A stretch of DNA of 62,192 nucleotides, taken from contig JBKPTC010000073.1 of assembly GCA_046735355.1 (NCBI GenBank), forward strand, positions 1 to 62,192. Direction: 5' to 3'. This document shows positions 51,713 to 59,084 of this stretch, in pieces (position 1 is the stretch's first letter; every line of letters starts with the position of its first letter). Position numbers and translations under genes: made by a program. The notes below the pieces were generated by a model, which had not been told where the DNA came from, searched no databases, and saw nothing but the letters and a program-made list of their open reading frames with translations. The DNA is from a bacterium (GTDB lineage Bacteria; Actinomycetota; UBA4738; HRBIN12).

Positions 51713-52104
51713 ATGCAGGCCGTGTTCTATCGAGCGCCCGACGGACGCGAGCCGGTCGATGAGTTCCCCCAGGGACTTGATCTCAAGCGACAGGTCGCGC
51801 TCGACAATCAGATCGACCGGCTCAACATGCTGTCGGCGTCCATGCCGCACCTTCCCTTTCGCATTCCTCGCAGGTCCGCGGCGAACTTCGCGAACTCCGG
51901 TGTCATTACGGCAGGGAGCTGTATCGGGTCTTGTACAGACGGTCGCGAGATCTCGTTGTCTTGTTGCACGCGCTGCGCAAGGACACCGCACAGATTCCGG
52001 CGGCGGACATCGCGATCGCAGAGGAACGCTGGGCAGACTTCAAGGCACGGATGGATGCGATGCCTCGGAGGCCGCCGCGGGCGGCGGGGCACGACGCCCC
52101 ATGA
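51713..52104 (+). pseudogene. HigB/RelE-superfamily (Gp49-like) toxin gene interrupted by a 1-nt frameshift
   Basis: The SD GGAGG lies 6 nt before the ATG at 51713. Frame 1 reads MQAVFYRAPDGREPVDEF..LDLKRQVALDNQIDRLNMLSASMPHLPF. The -1 frame then continues ..HSSQVRGELRELRCHYGRELYRVLYRRSRDLVVLLHALRKDTAQIPAADIAIAEERWADFKARMDA, ending at the TGA at 52102. The span is 392 nt, which is not a multiple of 3. Adding one C at about 51860 (TTTCGCAT to TTTCCGCAT) restores ...PHLPFPHSSQVRG.... Confidence 0.6.
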
Positions 52105-52118
52105 GCAGTTGCCGGTGC

Positions 52119-52134
52119 TTATCAGAACTGATAA
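52119..52134. promoter_or_regulatory. 16-bp palindrome TTATCAGAACTGATAA between toxin remnant and antitoxin gene (candidate operator)
   Basis: Perfect 7-bp arms with a 2-bp spacer, in an AT-richer stretch 54 nt upstream of the antitoxin ATG. Confidence 0.3.
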
Positions 52135-52187
52135 AGTCCTTACCCACACGGACCGAGACCACACGAGACCCATGCCAGGACACGGAG

Positions 52188-52523
52188 ATGAAGAGGAACA
52201 GCCCGGTTGGAACGACAACCGCTCAGGCGCGATCCCGGCGTGGCCAAAGGAGGGCTTATCGCGCTGAGCAGGAGCGTCTCGCTCCGTTTGAAGAGCTTGC
52301 CCGGCTTATCATCAAGCACAGGGCCGCCCTCGGTATCTCGCAAGAGGAGCTTGCTCGGAGAGTCGGCACCAGTCACTCCGCGATCTCCCGGATCGAGAGT
52401 GGCCGCCACAAGACGAGCGTCGAAACCCTCCAGAGGCTCGCCCGGGCGCTGGAGGTCCGGCTCGTCGTCGGTTTCGAGAGTGGCCCCGTTGAGCGACCGG
52501 TGAGGGAGCTCGTGAGCGCCTGA
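52188..52523 (+). CDS. XRE-family helix-turn-helix antitoxin (HigA-like)
   Basis: This is the 3' part of ORF 51759..52523, with an ATG at 52188. The HTH region is LARLIIKHRAALGISQEELARRVGTSHSAISRIESGRHKTSVETLQRLARAL. Confidence 0.75.
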   Translation: MKRNSPVGTTTAQARSRRGQRRAYRAEQERLAPFEELARLIIKHRAALGISQEELARRVGTSHSAISRIESGRHKTSVETLQRLARALEVRLVVGFESGPVERPVRELVSA

Positions 52524-52606
52524 GAAACACTCGGGTCCTGAAGAGCCGAGAGGCACAGCACACGAACATCCGAGTCCTCTACCGACCGACGGCATCGTCG
52601 CGACTT

Positions 52607-52948
52607 TCATGCTTCGCCGGAAATGGGCACCGGAGGTAGCGGTCGAGGCCGTGCGTCGAGCCAGTCAGCGCTAGCAACCTCCGAGAGCGCAGCGGTGTCG
52701 ATGGTGAAAGTCTCCGTCCGAGGAAGCGCCGGTCCGCTGATCGTGAGTTGTACTTGGGCCGTCTCCGCCGGCGGCACCTCCAGATACGCTTCGCCCCACG
52801 TAGCGCCCGGTTGGACCCCCACCTGCGCGACGCTCGCAGCCCCTACAACCCCGAAGCTCGTGTAACGCACGGCAGAGCCATACACGCTCTCACGTTGCTC
52901 TGCGATAGGGCCGTGGGCAACGACGTGCACACTCGCAAGGTGCCGCAC
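52607..52948 (-). CDS. Hypothetical protein (weak call) in the lower-GC islet
   Basis: A 113-aa ORF. Third-position G/C is only about 60% by hand count, unlike core genes, which fits foreign DNA or a non-coding stretch. No family recognised. Confidence 0.3.
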   Translation of the reverse strand: MRHLASVHVVAHGPIAEQRESVYGSAVRYTSFGVVGAASVAQVGVQPGATWGEAYLEVPPAETAQVQLTISGPALPRTETFTIDTAALSEVASADWLDARPRPLPPVPISGEA

Positions 52949-52967
52949 CCAACGACGTCCGCAGCAG

Positions 52968-53038
52968 TTCCGGGGGGAGGAATCGAACCTCCATACCGGG
53001 CTCCAAAGGCCCGTGTCTTGCCGTTAGACGACCCCGGA
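52968..53038 (-). tRNA. tRNA-Gln (anticodon UUG)
   Basis: The 71-nt sequence TCCGGGGTCGTCTAACGGCAAGACACGGGCCTTTGGAGCCCGGTATGGAGGTTCGATTCCTCCCCCCGGAA folds with acceptor TCCGGGG/CCCCGGA, D stem GTCT/AGAC, anticodon stem CGGGC/GCCCG with loop CTTTGGA, and T arm GGAGG-TTCGATT-CCTCC. Confidence 0.85.
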
Positions 53039-53056
53039 TCGGGCTCGATGATAGGG

Positions 53057-53920
53057 CTACCGCTCTGGCGCCGGTCCCGACACGGCGAGCGCACCCTCGA
53101 CCCGGTCCGCCACCGAGCGCGCGTGCGCCTCGTCGCGCGCGAGCGCGGCGAGCGTCGATCCGCTTCCGCTCATGACCGCGCCGAGCGCGCCGACCTCCAG
53201 CAGCCGCGCCTTGGCGTCGGCGAGCTCGGGATGGTGCTCGAACACCGGCGGCTCCAGATCGTTGAACAGCAGCGGGCCGAGCCGCTCCGGATCGCCGGCC
53301 CGGGCGGCTACAAGCAGGTCCTCCGGATCGGGGCCGGTTCGGCGCTCGCCCTCGTCCCACCACCGGTACGCGTCGGGCGATCGCACGCCGAACGGCATCG
53401 GAACCAGCGCCCACCACAGCTCCGGCAGGTCGACGTCCTCGAGCGCGTCGCCGCGGCCGCTCATCAGGACGGCTCCCGGCGCGAGCGTCGCCGGAACGTC
53501 GGAGCCGATGCGCGCGGCGATCGCGACGAGCTCGCTCCGATCGAGTCCGCATGTCCACAGCTCGTTCAGCGCCGACAGGGTGGCGCCGGCATCGGCGCTG
53601 CCGCCGCCGAGACCGCCGGCGACCGGGATCCGCTTCTCGATCCCGACCTCGGCGCCGTCGGTTACGCCGCACGTCTCCGCCAGCGCGAGCGCCGCGACGA
53701 GCGCGAGGTTCAGCCCGCCGCTCGGAACGTCGCCCGGGAGGTCGGGCGCGCCGACGACCTCGACGTGCAGCCGCTCGGCCGGCGCGGCGACCACATCGTC
53801 CACGAGCGAGAGCGGAAGCACGAGGCTCTCGAGGTCGTGATAGCCGTCGTCACGCGCGGCCAACACGCGAAGGAAGACGTTGAGCTTGGCGCGTGCCCGG
53901 CGAGCGATCCGCGACCTCAC
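53057..53920 (-). CDS. ispE: 4-diphosphocytidyl-2-C-methyl-D-erythritol kinase
   Basis: 287 aa. The GTG start overlaps the rsmA stop (GTGA). Contains AKLNVFLRV..R.DGYH, KRIPVAGGLGGGSADA and MSGSGST. Confidence 0.9.
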   Translation of the reverse strand: MRSRIARRARAKLNVFLRVLAARDDGYHDLESLVLPLSLVDDVVAAPAERLHVEVVGAPDLPGDVPSGGLNLALVAALALAETCGVTDGAEVGIEKRIPVAGGLGGGSADAGATLSALNELWTCGLDRSELVAIAARIGSDVPATLAPGAVLMSGRGDALEDVDLPELWWALVPMPFGVRSPDAYRWWDEGERRTGPDPEDLLVAARAGDPERLGPLLFNDLEPPVFEHHPELADAKARLLEVGALGAVMSGSGSTLAALARDEAHARSVADRVEGALAVSGPAPER

Positions 53921-54789
53921 GGCCGGACGGCTCCGCGCCGCACGAGCTCGTCGGTCAGTCGCGCGAACGCGCGCAGGTCGAGCGTCTCGGCTCGGACGCC
54001 CGGATCGATGGCGGCTCCTCCGAGCGCCGCCGCGGCGTCGGTGACGGACAGGCCGAGCCGGCGTACCGCGTTCGCCATCGTCTTCCGCCGCTCGGCGAAG
54101 GACGCGTCGATCACGGCGAAGAGCGCACCGGGGTCGACGCCGTCGCGCGACGCGGGCCGGCGCATCACGCGCAGCACCGTCGACTCGATGCTCGGCCGCG
54201 GCCAGAAGACCTCCGGCGGGACGCGGCGAAGCACCGCGACGTCGGCGTGGTACGCGACCTTAACGCTCACCGCGCCGTACGCGGCATCGCCGGGCTCCGC
54301 GGCGAGCCGGTCCGCGACCTCCCGCTGGACCATCACGACGAACCTCGAGATCTGCGGGGCGCGTTCGAGCATCGTGAGGAGGAGCGGCACGGCGACGTTG
54401 TACGGAAGGTTCGACGCCATCGTCCACGGCTCGGGGCCGAGCGTCCTCGCCCAGTCGATCGACAACGCGTCGGACTCGAGCACCTCCACGGTCGGCCACG
54501 CGGCGACCACCTCGCGGAGCGCCGGAACGAGCCCGCGGTCGAACTCGATCGCGAGGACGCGCGCCCCCGCGTCGGCGAGCGCGACGGTGAGCGACCCGAA
54601 CCCGGCGCCGACCTCGACGACGCGAGCGCCGGGCGCCGCACCCGCGTCGAGGGCGATCGCCCGCGCGAGGTTCGGGTCGATGAGGAAGTTCTGACCGAGC
54701 GCCTTCGAGGGGCGAACGCCGAACCGATCGGCGAGCGAGCGGATCTCGCGACGCCCGAGCGGCGGGGGCGCGGCGACGCCGTCCCCCGC
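53917..54789 (-). CDS. rsmA: 16S rRNA (adenine1518/1519-N6)-dimethyltransferase RsmA/KsgA (start codon unresolved)
   Basis: The ORF track starts at the GTG at 54510. The same frame upstream encodes the conserved N-terminus LGRREIRSLADRFGVRPSKALGQNFLIDPNLARAI...VVEVGAGFGSLTVALA (SAM-binding), with high G/C in third codon positions. Downstream are NLPYNV and FWPRP. The upper coordinate is only the first codon after the upstream gene's stop. Confidence 0.8.
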   Translation of the reverse strand, partial: AGDGVAAPPPLGRREIRSLADRFGVRPSKALGQNFLIDPNLARAIALDAGAAPGARVVEVGAGFGSLTVALADAGARVLAIEFDRGLVPALREVVAAWPTVEVLESDALSIDWARTLGPEPWTMASNLPYNVAVPLLLTMLERAPQISRFVVMVQREVADRLAAEPGDAAYGAVSVKVAYHADVAVLRRVPPEVFWPRPSIESTVLRVMRRPASRDGVDPGALFAVIDASFAERRKTMANAVRRLGLSVTDAAAALGGAAIDPGVRAETLDLRAFARLTDELVRRGAVRP

Positions 54790-54790
54790 G

Positions 54791-55879
54791 CTACCAGGTG
54801 AGCCGGACGTCGATGACGCCCGTCCCGAGCGAGGCGAGAGCCGAGAACGCCTCCTGCGAGAGGTCGATGATCCGCCCGCCGAAGGGTCCTCGATCGTTGA
54901 TCACCACCCGGATGGACCTGCCGTTCGCGAGGTTCGTGACGGTGACGACCGTACCGAACGGAAGCCACGGATGGGCGGCGGTCAGTCCGCTCCCCGGCGC
55001 GAACGAGTACCAACTCGCCTGTCCCGACTCGGTGCCGTGGACGGTCTGGTCCACCTCGCGTCCGACGAGCCGGTGACGCGGCACGGCCTCGTCGAGCACC
55101 CGCCGGCGAAGCAGCGTGCGACGAAGCACCGCTCCGTCGACGACTTTCACTTCGTACACCTCGAGCAGCGAGCCGGGCGCGCCGTCGGACACGATCTCCA
55201 CCTGCCCGGGCGGAAGGTCGTCGGTGTAGGACGTCACGGTGTTGGTCGGGATGGTCCGCACGACGCGCGCGGTCCGGACGTCGATGTCGACGTACCGGAC
55301 CAGCGAGTCGTCGTGAAGGGGGGTCTGGAGTGATGGACGGACGCGGTCGCTAGGGTCGGGACGGATCCCCATGGCCGAGAGGAGTGCCCCGACCGACCGC
55401 GCGTTGGTGAGCACGTCGTGTTCCTTCCCCTTCACGACGACTCGCGCGTGGACGATCGAGGATGCCCCGACCCAACCCTCCGCGGAGGCCGAAGCCTCGG
55501 CGCGACCGACGGCCGGCGATGCCGACGCGTCGGCGGCCCCTTCCATCACCCAGACCCCCACATCGGTGCGACCGCCGAGCGTCGTCGCGGTGAGGGGCTG
55601 GGTGTCCACCACGACGGTCATGCCGTCCGACAGCGGTGTCGACGGCGGCGGCTGCACGAGGTCGCGTCCGTCGAGCGAGATCCCTGTCGCCGACAGGAGC
55701 TCGCCGACGCTGGCGCTCAGCGTTCGAACGGACTGCGGGCGCCCGTCGACGACGAGCGTGACGTTCTTCTGGATCGCGACGTAGGTCGCGGCGGCGACGA
55801 GCACCGTCGCCGCGAGTGCCGCGTTCCCGATCGCCTTGCGGATGCGCAGCCTGCGCACGCGCGTCGGACGAACCCGCAT
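54791..55879 (-). CDS. RpfB-like cell-wall protein: TM anchor, DUF348 repeats, G5 domain, C-terminal RlpA-like double-psi beta-barrel domain
   Basis: 362 aa. TM segment AALAATVLVAAATYVAI. DUF348-like blocks: VTLVVDGRPQSVRTLSASVGELL and VVVKGKEHDVLTNARSVGALL. The G5-like block includes VRTIPTNTVTSYTDDLPPGQ. The C-terminus is GQASWYSF...LTAAHPWLPFGTVVTVTNLANGRSIRVVINDRGPFGGRIIDLSQEAF. Confidence 0.85.
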   Translation of the reverse strand: MRVRPTRVRRLRIRKAIGNAALAATVLVAAATYVAIQKNVTLVVDGRPQSVRTLSASVGELLSATGISLDGRDLVQPPPSTPLSDGMTVVVDTQPLTATTLGGRTDVGVWVMEGAADASASPAVGRAEASASAEGWVGASSIVHARVVVKGKEHDVLTNARSVGALLSAMGIRPDPSDRVRPSLQTPLHDDSLVRYVDIDVRTARVVRTIPTNTVTSYTDDLPPGQVEIVSDGAPGSLLEVYEVKVVDGAVLRRTLLRRRVLDEAVPRHRLVGREVDQTVHGTESGQASWYSFAPGSGLTAAHPWLPFGTVVTVTNLANGRSIRVVINDRGPFGGRIIDLSQEAFSALASLGTGVIDVRLTW

Positions 55880-55938
55880 CCTTCCTCCTGTTCGAGGAAG
55901 GCTCCGGGGGGAAGCGGCAGAGCCGGACCGAAGCCTTC
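55880..55938 (-). promoter_or_regulatory. Candidate translational RNA switch in the rpfB-like 5' leader (mutually exclusive SD-sequestering hairpins)
   Basis: RNA sequence: UUGAAGGCUUCGGUCCGGCUCUGCCGCUUCCCCCCGGAGCCUUCCUCGAACAGGAGGAAGGAUG. Stem B pairs CCUUCCUC (55901-55894) with the SD GAGGAAGG (55887-55880). Stem A pairs GAAGGCUUCGG (55938-55928) with CCGGAGCCUUC (55907-55897). The two stems share CCUUC. Confidence 0.4.
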
Positions 55939-55953
55939 AAGCGCACGAGCGGC

Positions 55954-55983
55954 ACGCTATCAAACCCTCAACCCTTACTGCAA
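55954..55983 (-). promoter_or_regulatory. Candidate promoter for the rpfB-like operon (-35 TTGCAG, 18-nt spacer, -10 TAGCGT)
   Basis: The minus strand reads AAGTTTGCAGTAAGGGTTGAGGGTTTGATAGCGTGCC in an AT-richer 138-nt intergenic region. The -10 fits TANNNT. This was matched by eye only. Confidence 0.3.
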
Positions 55984-56017
55984 ACTTCAGCCGACCCGCG
56001 CTCCGGGTCGTGTTCCC

Positions 56018-56812
56018 CTACCTGAGAGCGGGAAACGCGGCGTGCGCGTTGGCCGTCGTTGCCACCCGAACGGCCTCGACGTCGTCGCCGCGGACGCGCG
56101 CGAGCTCCTCGATGACGTCGACGACGTTCGCCGGCTCGTTGTCGCGTCCGCGGAGTCGTTGCGGAGCGAGGAACGGGCTGTCGGTCTCGACCAGCAGACG
56201 ACCGAGCGGTACGGCTGCCGCGGCCTCGCGCATGTGCGCGTTGGCCGGGTACGTCAGGTTTCCGGCGAACGACAGGAAGTAGCCGCGCCGAACGCACTCG
56301 CGCGCGATCGCGGCGTCGCCGGTGAAGCAGTGGATCACGACGCGCTCCGGTGATCCCTCATCCAGGAGTCGAAGGATCGCGTCCCACGCGTCGCGGCAAT
56401 GAACCACGATCGCGGTTCCCGCCTCGCGCGCCAGGGCGACGTGGATCCGGAACACCCGCTCCTGGTCGTCGCGGGGCGAACGCATCCGAAAGAAGTCGAG
56501 CCCGCACTCGCCCACCGCGACGACGCGCGGGTCGGCGAGGAGCTCTTCGATGGCGGCTCCGGCCCGCTCGTCGAACGACGCCGCGTCGTGCGGATGCATC
56601 CCGGCCGTCGCGAAGACACCCCGGTGCGACTCGGCCAGCTCGACCGACCGGCGGCTCGTCTCCGGGTCGATCCCCGGGCAGACGAGCGTCCGGACTCCCG
56701 CGCTCCGTGCGGCCTCGATGGCCGGTGAAGGTTCGTCCCCGAGGAGGAACAGGTGGCAGTGGCTGTCCACAGCACCGCTCTGCACCGGTTCTTCAGGGTT
56801 GCGGTCGCTCAT
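56018..56812 (-). CDS. tatD: TatD family metal-dependent hydrolase/DNase
   Basis: 264 aa. Contains VDSHCHL, VAVGECGLDF, IVVHCRDA and LLVETDSPFLAP. Confidence 0.9.
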   Translation of the reverse strand: MSDRNPEEPVQSGAVDSHCHLFLLGDEPSPAIEAARSAGVRTLVCPGIDPETSRRSVELAESHRGVFATAGMHPHDAASFDERAGAAIEELLADPRVVAVGECGLDFFRMRSPRDDQERVFRIHVALAREAGTAIVVHCRDAWDAILRLLDEGSPERVVIHCFTGDAAIARECVRRGYFLSFAGNLTYPANAHMREAAAAVPLGRLLVETDSPFLAPQRLRGRDNEPANVVDVIEELARVRGDDVEAVRVATTANAHAAFPALR

Positions 56813-56956
56813 CAGCGGGTCACGATAGCCGCTCTCGACCTCGGGTCGATGCGCCTCGGCGCGCGCGCGTCGGCGAGGCGGGCACGGTCACGGACGGTGT
56901 GCAGCAGGAGTCGAGGCGGGGGGTCTCACGTGAAACGTCCCGCAGAGCACTCTCAC

Positions 56957-58492
56957 TCAGGAGTCGAGCCGAGGGAACAGCGCGTCGCCCTTCGTCGTGC
57001 GTGTTCCCGGGCGCAGTTCACCCCACGAGAGCGCCTGCGGAACGCGCTGCGCGTCGAGCGGTTCGCCGATCCCGAGCTGGGCCCAGAGCCGCTCGGCCGC
57101 TTCGGGCATCACCGGCGAGATCAGGATCGCGAGGATCCGGAGCGTCTCGGCGGCGGCGTACAGGATCGAGCCGAGCTCGGACCGGCGGGCGTCGTCCTTT
57201 GCGACCTTCCACGGCTCCCGCTCGACCAGATAGCCGTTCGCGCGGTCGACGATCTCCCAGACGGCGGCGACGGCCGGCGTGAGCTCGAGCGCCAACATCG
57301 AGCGGTCGACCCGTTCAGCGACGTCGGCCACGACGGACGGAAAGTCGCCCTCGGTCCCGACGACCTCCGGCTCGGGCACCACGCCGCCGAAGTTCGACCC
57401 GAGCATCGCCAGGACCCGGCTGGCGAGGTTGCCCAATCCGTTGGCGAGGTCCGCGTTGTGCCGGTCGACCATCGCCTCGAGCGAGTAGTTGCCGTCCGCC
57501 CCGAAGGGGAACTCGCGAAGGAAGAAGTACCGGTAGGAGTCGACGCCGAACCGATCCAGGAGCTCGTTCGGATGGACCCCCGTCCCGCGGCTCTTCGACA
57601 TCTTCTCCCCGCCGATCGTGAGGAACCCGTGGACGAGCACGGTGCGGGGAACCTCGAGACCGGCCGCCATGAGCAGGGCGGGCCAGATGATCGCGTGGAA
57701 CCGTGCGATGTCCTTGCCGATCACGTGGACGTCGCACGGCCACACGCGCTCGAACAGGGAGCCATCGACCCCGAACCCCGGGGCGGTGATGTAGTTCAGG
57801 AGCGCGTCGACCCAGACGTAGATGACCTGCGAGGGATCCCACGGGACCGGGATGCCCCAGTCGGATCCCGACCGCGAGATCGAGAGGTCCCGGAGGCCGG
57901 CGCGGACGAACGCGACGACCTCGTTCCGTCGGAAGTCCGGCTGCACGAACTCCGGCCGCTCGTCGTAGAGCGCGAGAAGCCGATGCTGGTACTTGGACAG
58001 CGGGAAGAAGTAGTTGTCCTCCTTCAGCCACTCGACGTCCGTCATGTGGATCGGGCAGAGGCGGCCGTCGACGAGCTCGCCCTCCTGTTTGAACTCCTCG
58101 CACGAGGCGCAGTACGGGCCCTCGTACGTCCCGAGATAAACCTCGCCCCGGTCGTACAAGCGCTGCACGAACCGCTGGACCCGCTCCTCATGACGCGGCT
58201 CGGAGGTCCGGATGAAGTCGTCGTTCGAGATGTCGAGCCGTTCCCAGACGGTCCGCCACTTGGGGACCATCCGGTCCGTCCACTCCTGCGGCGTGATGCC
58301 CTGCTCGGCCGCCGAGCGGGCCACGTTCAAGCTGTGCTCGTCGGTTCCGGTCAGGAAGAAGGTCGGGTCGCCGCGCAGCCGCCGGTACCGCGCGATCAGG
58401 TCGCACGCGATGATCTCGTACGCCGTCCCGACGTGCGGCTCGGCATTGACGTATGGGATCGCGGAAGTGACGTAGAAGACGTCGCGGCCCAT
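56957..58492 (-). CDS. metG: Methionine--tRNA ligase (short form without C-terminal dimerisation domain)
   Basis: This is the 3' part of ORF 56957..58672, with an ATG at 58492. Contains YVTSAIPYVNAEPHVGTAYE (HIGH-like), a zinc-knuckle region (YCASCEEF...CPIH) and GEKMSKSRG (KMSKS). Confidence 0.9.
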   Translation of the reverse strand: MGRDVFYVTSAIPYVNAEPHVGTAYEIIACDLIARYRRLRGDPTFFLTGTDEHSLNVARSAAEQGITPQEWTDRMVPKWRTVWERLDISNDDFIRTSEPRHEERVQRFVQRLYDRGEVYLGTYEGPYCASCEEFKQEGELVDGRLCPIHMTDVEWLKEDNYFFPLSKYQHRLLALYDERPEFVQPDFRRNEVVAFVRAGLRDLSISRSGSDWGIPVPWDPSQVIYVWVDALLNYITAPGFGVDGSLFERVWPCDVHVIGKDIARFHAIIWPALLMAAGLEVPRTVLVHGFLTIGGEKMSKSRGTGVHPNELLDRFGVDSYRYFFLREFPFGADGNYSLEAMVDRHNADLANGLGNLASRVLAMLGSNFGGVVPEPEVVGTEGDFPSVVADVAERVDRSMLALELTPAVAAVWEIVDRANGYLVEREPWKVAKDDARRSELGSILYAAAETLRILAILISPVMPEAAERLWAQLGIGEPLDAQRVPQALSWGELRPGTRTTKGDALFPRLDS

Positions 58493-58550
58493 CGCGGCAT
58501 GGTACCGCCGGGGTGGTGTACGGCCGGGACGGGCCGGGTAGGCAGGCCGC

Positions 58551-59066
58551 ATGCGCCGCTCCCTCGTCTTCGTCCTGCTCGGCCTCGCCCTGGCGACGGC
58601 CGCGTGCCGCAATCGCCAGCCCGTTGACCCGACCAGCGTCTCGCCCGGCGTGAACCCGTCGGAGTCGCCCACCGTCGAATCGATCTCGCCGACCTCGTCC
58701 GCCGAGGCCTACGGGCCGTCGGACGGCTCGGGCGGCTCGGACGACGGCGCGGGATCGGCCTCGAACACCTCGAGCCGGTGCACGAAGGCCGAGGGCGGGG
58801 AGGTGCAAGTTGTTGCCAAGGGCCTGTCGTTCGACACCGACTGCATCACCGTCGCGGCGCGTGCGACGACCACGGTCGAGCTGCGGAACCAGGATTCGGC
58901 CGCGCACACGTTCAGCGTGTATGACGGCAACGACGAGGTGCTGAAGGGCGCGGCGACCGAGGGCGGCGAGGACCGGACCTACCGGCTCACGAACCTCGAT
59001 CCCGGGACGTACCGGTTCCAGTGCGACATCCACCCGAGCATGAACGGAACGCTCCGCGTCGGGTGA
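58551..59066 (+). CDS. Cupredoxin-domain lipoprotein (type-1 copper site-like)
   Basis: 171 aa. The lipobox is LALATAAC, followed by a disordered linker. The copper-site residues are AAHTFSV...GTYRFQCDIHPSMNGTLRV (His, Cys-X2-His-X2-Met). Confidence 0.75.
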   Translation: MRRSLVFVLLGLALATAACRNRQPVDPTSVSPGVNPSESPTVESISPTSSAEAYGPSDGSGGSDDGAGSASNTSSRCTKAEGGEVQVVAKGLSFDTDCITVAARATTTVELRNQDSAAHTFSVYDGNDEVLKGAATEGGEDRTYRLTNLDPGTYRFQCDIHPSMNGTLRVG

Positions 59067-59084
59067 GCACTAGTCCTTCGTGGA

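Noticed and set aside
51841-51870. Programmed -1 ribosomal frameshift in the higB-like gene.
   Set aside because: The 0-frame reading CAC CTT CCC TTT CGC does not provide a canonical X XXY YYZ slippery heptamer in the required phase. I saw no downstream stimulatory structure. A simple 1-nt deletion or sequencing error explains the data.
52140-52610. A 156-aa minus-strand ORF overlapping the antitoxin gene.
   Set aside because: It is antisense to a convincing XRE helix-turn-helix gene. It has no motifs, and its composition looks like a shadow frame.
51500-52967. An integrase, attachment-site repeat or transposase that would define the tRNA-Gln islet as a mobile element.
   Set aside because: None was found by eye. 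There is no tyrosine/serine recombinase motif in any frame, and no visible duplicate of the tRNA 3' end. It is therefore reported only as a compositional islet, not as a mobile element.
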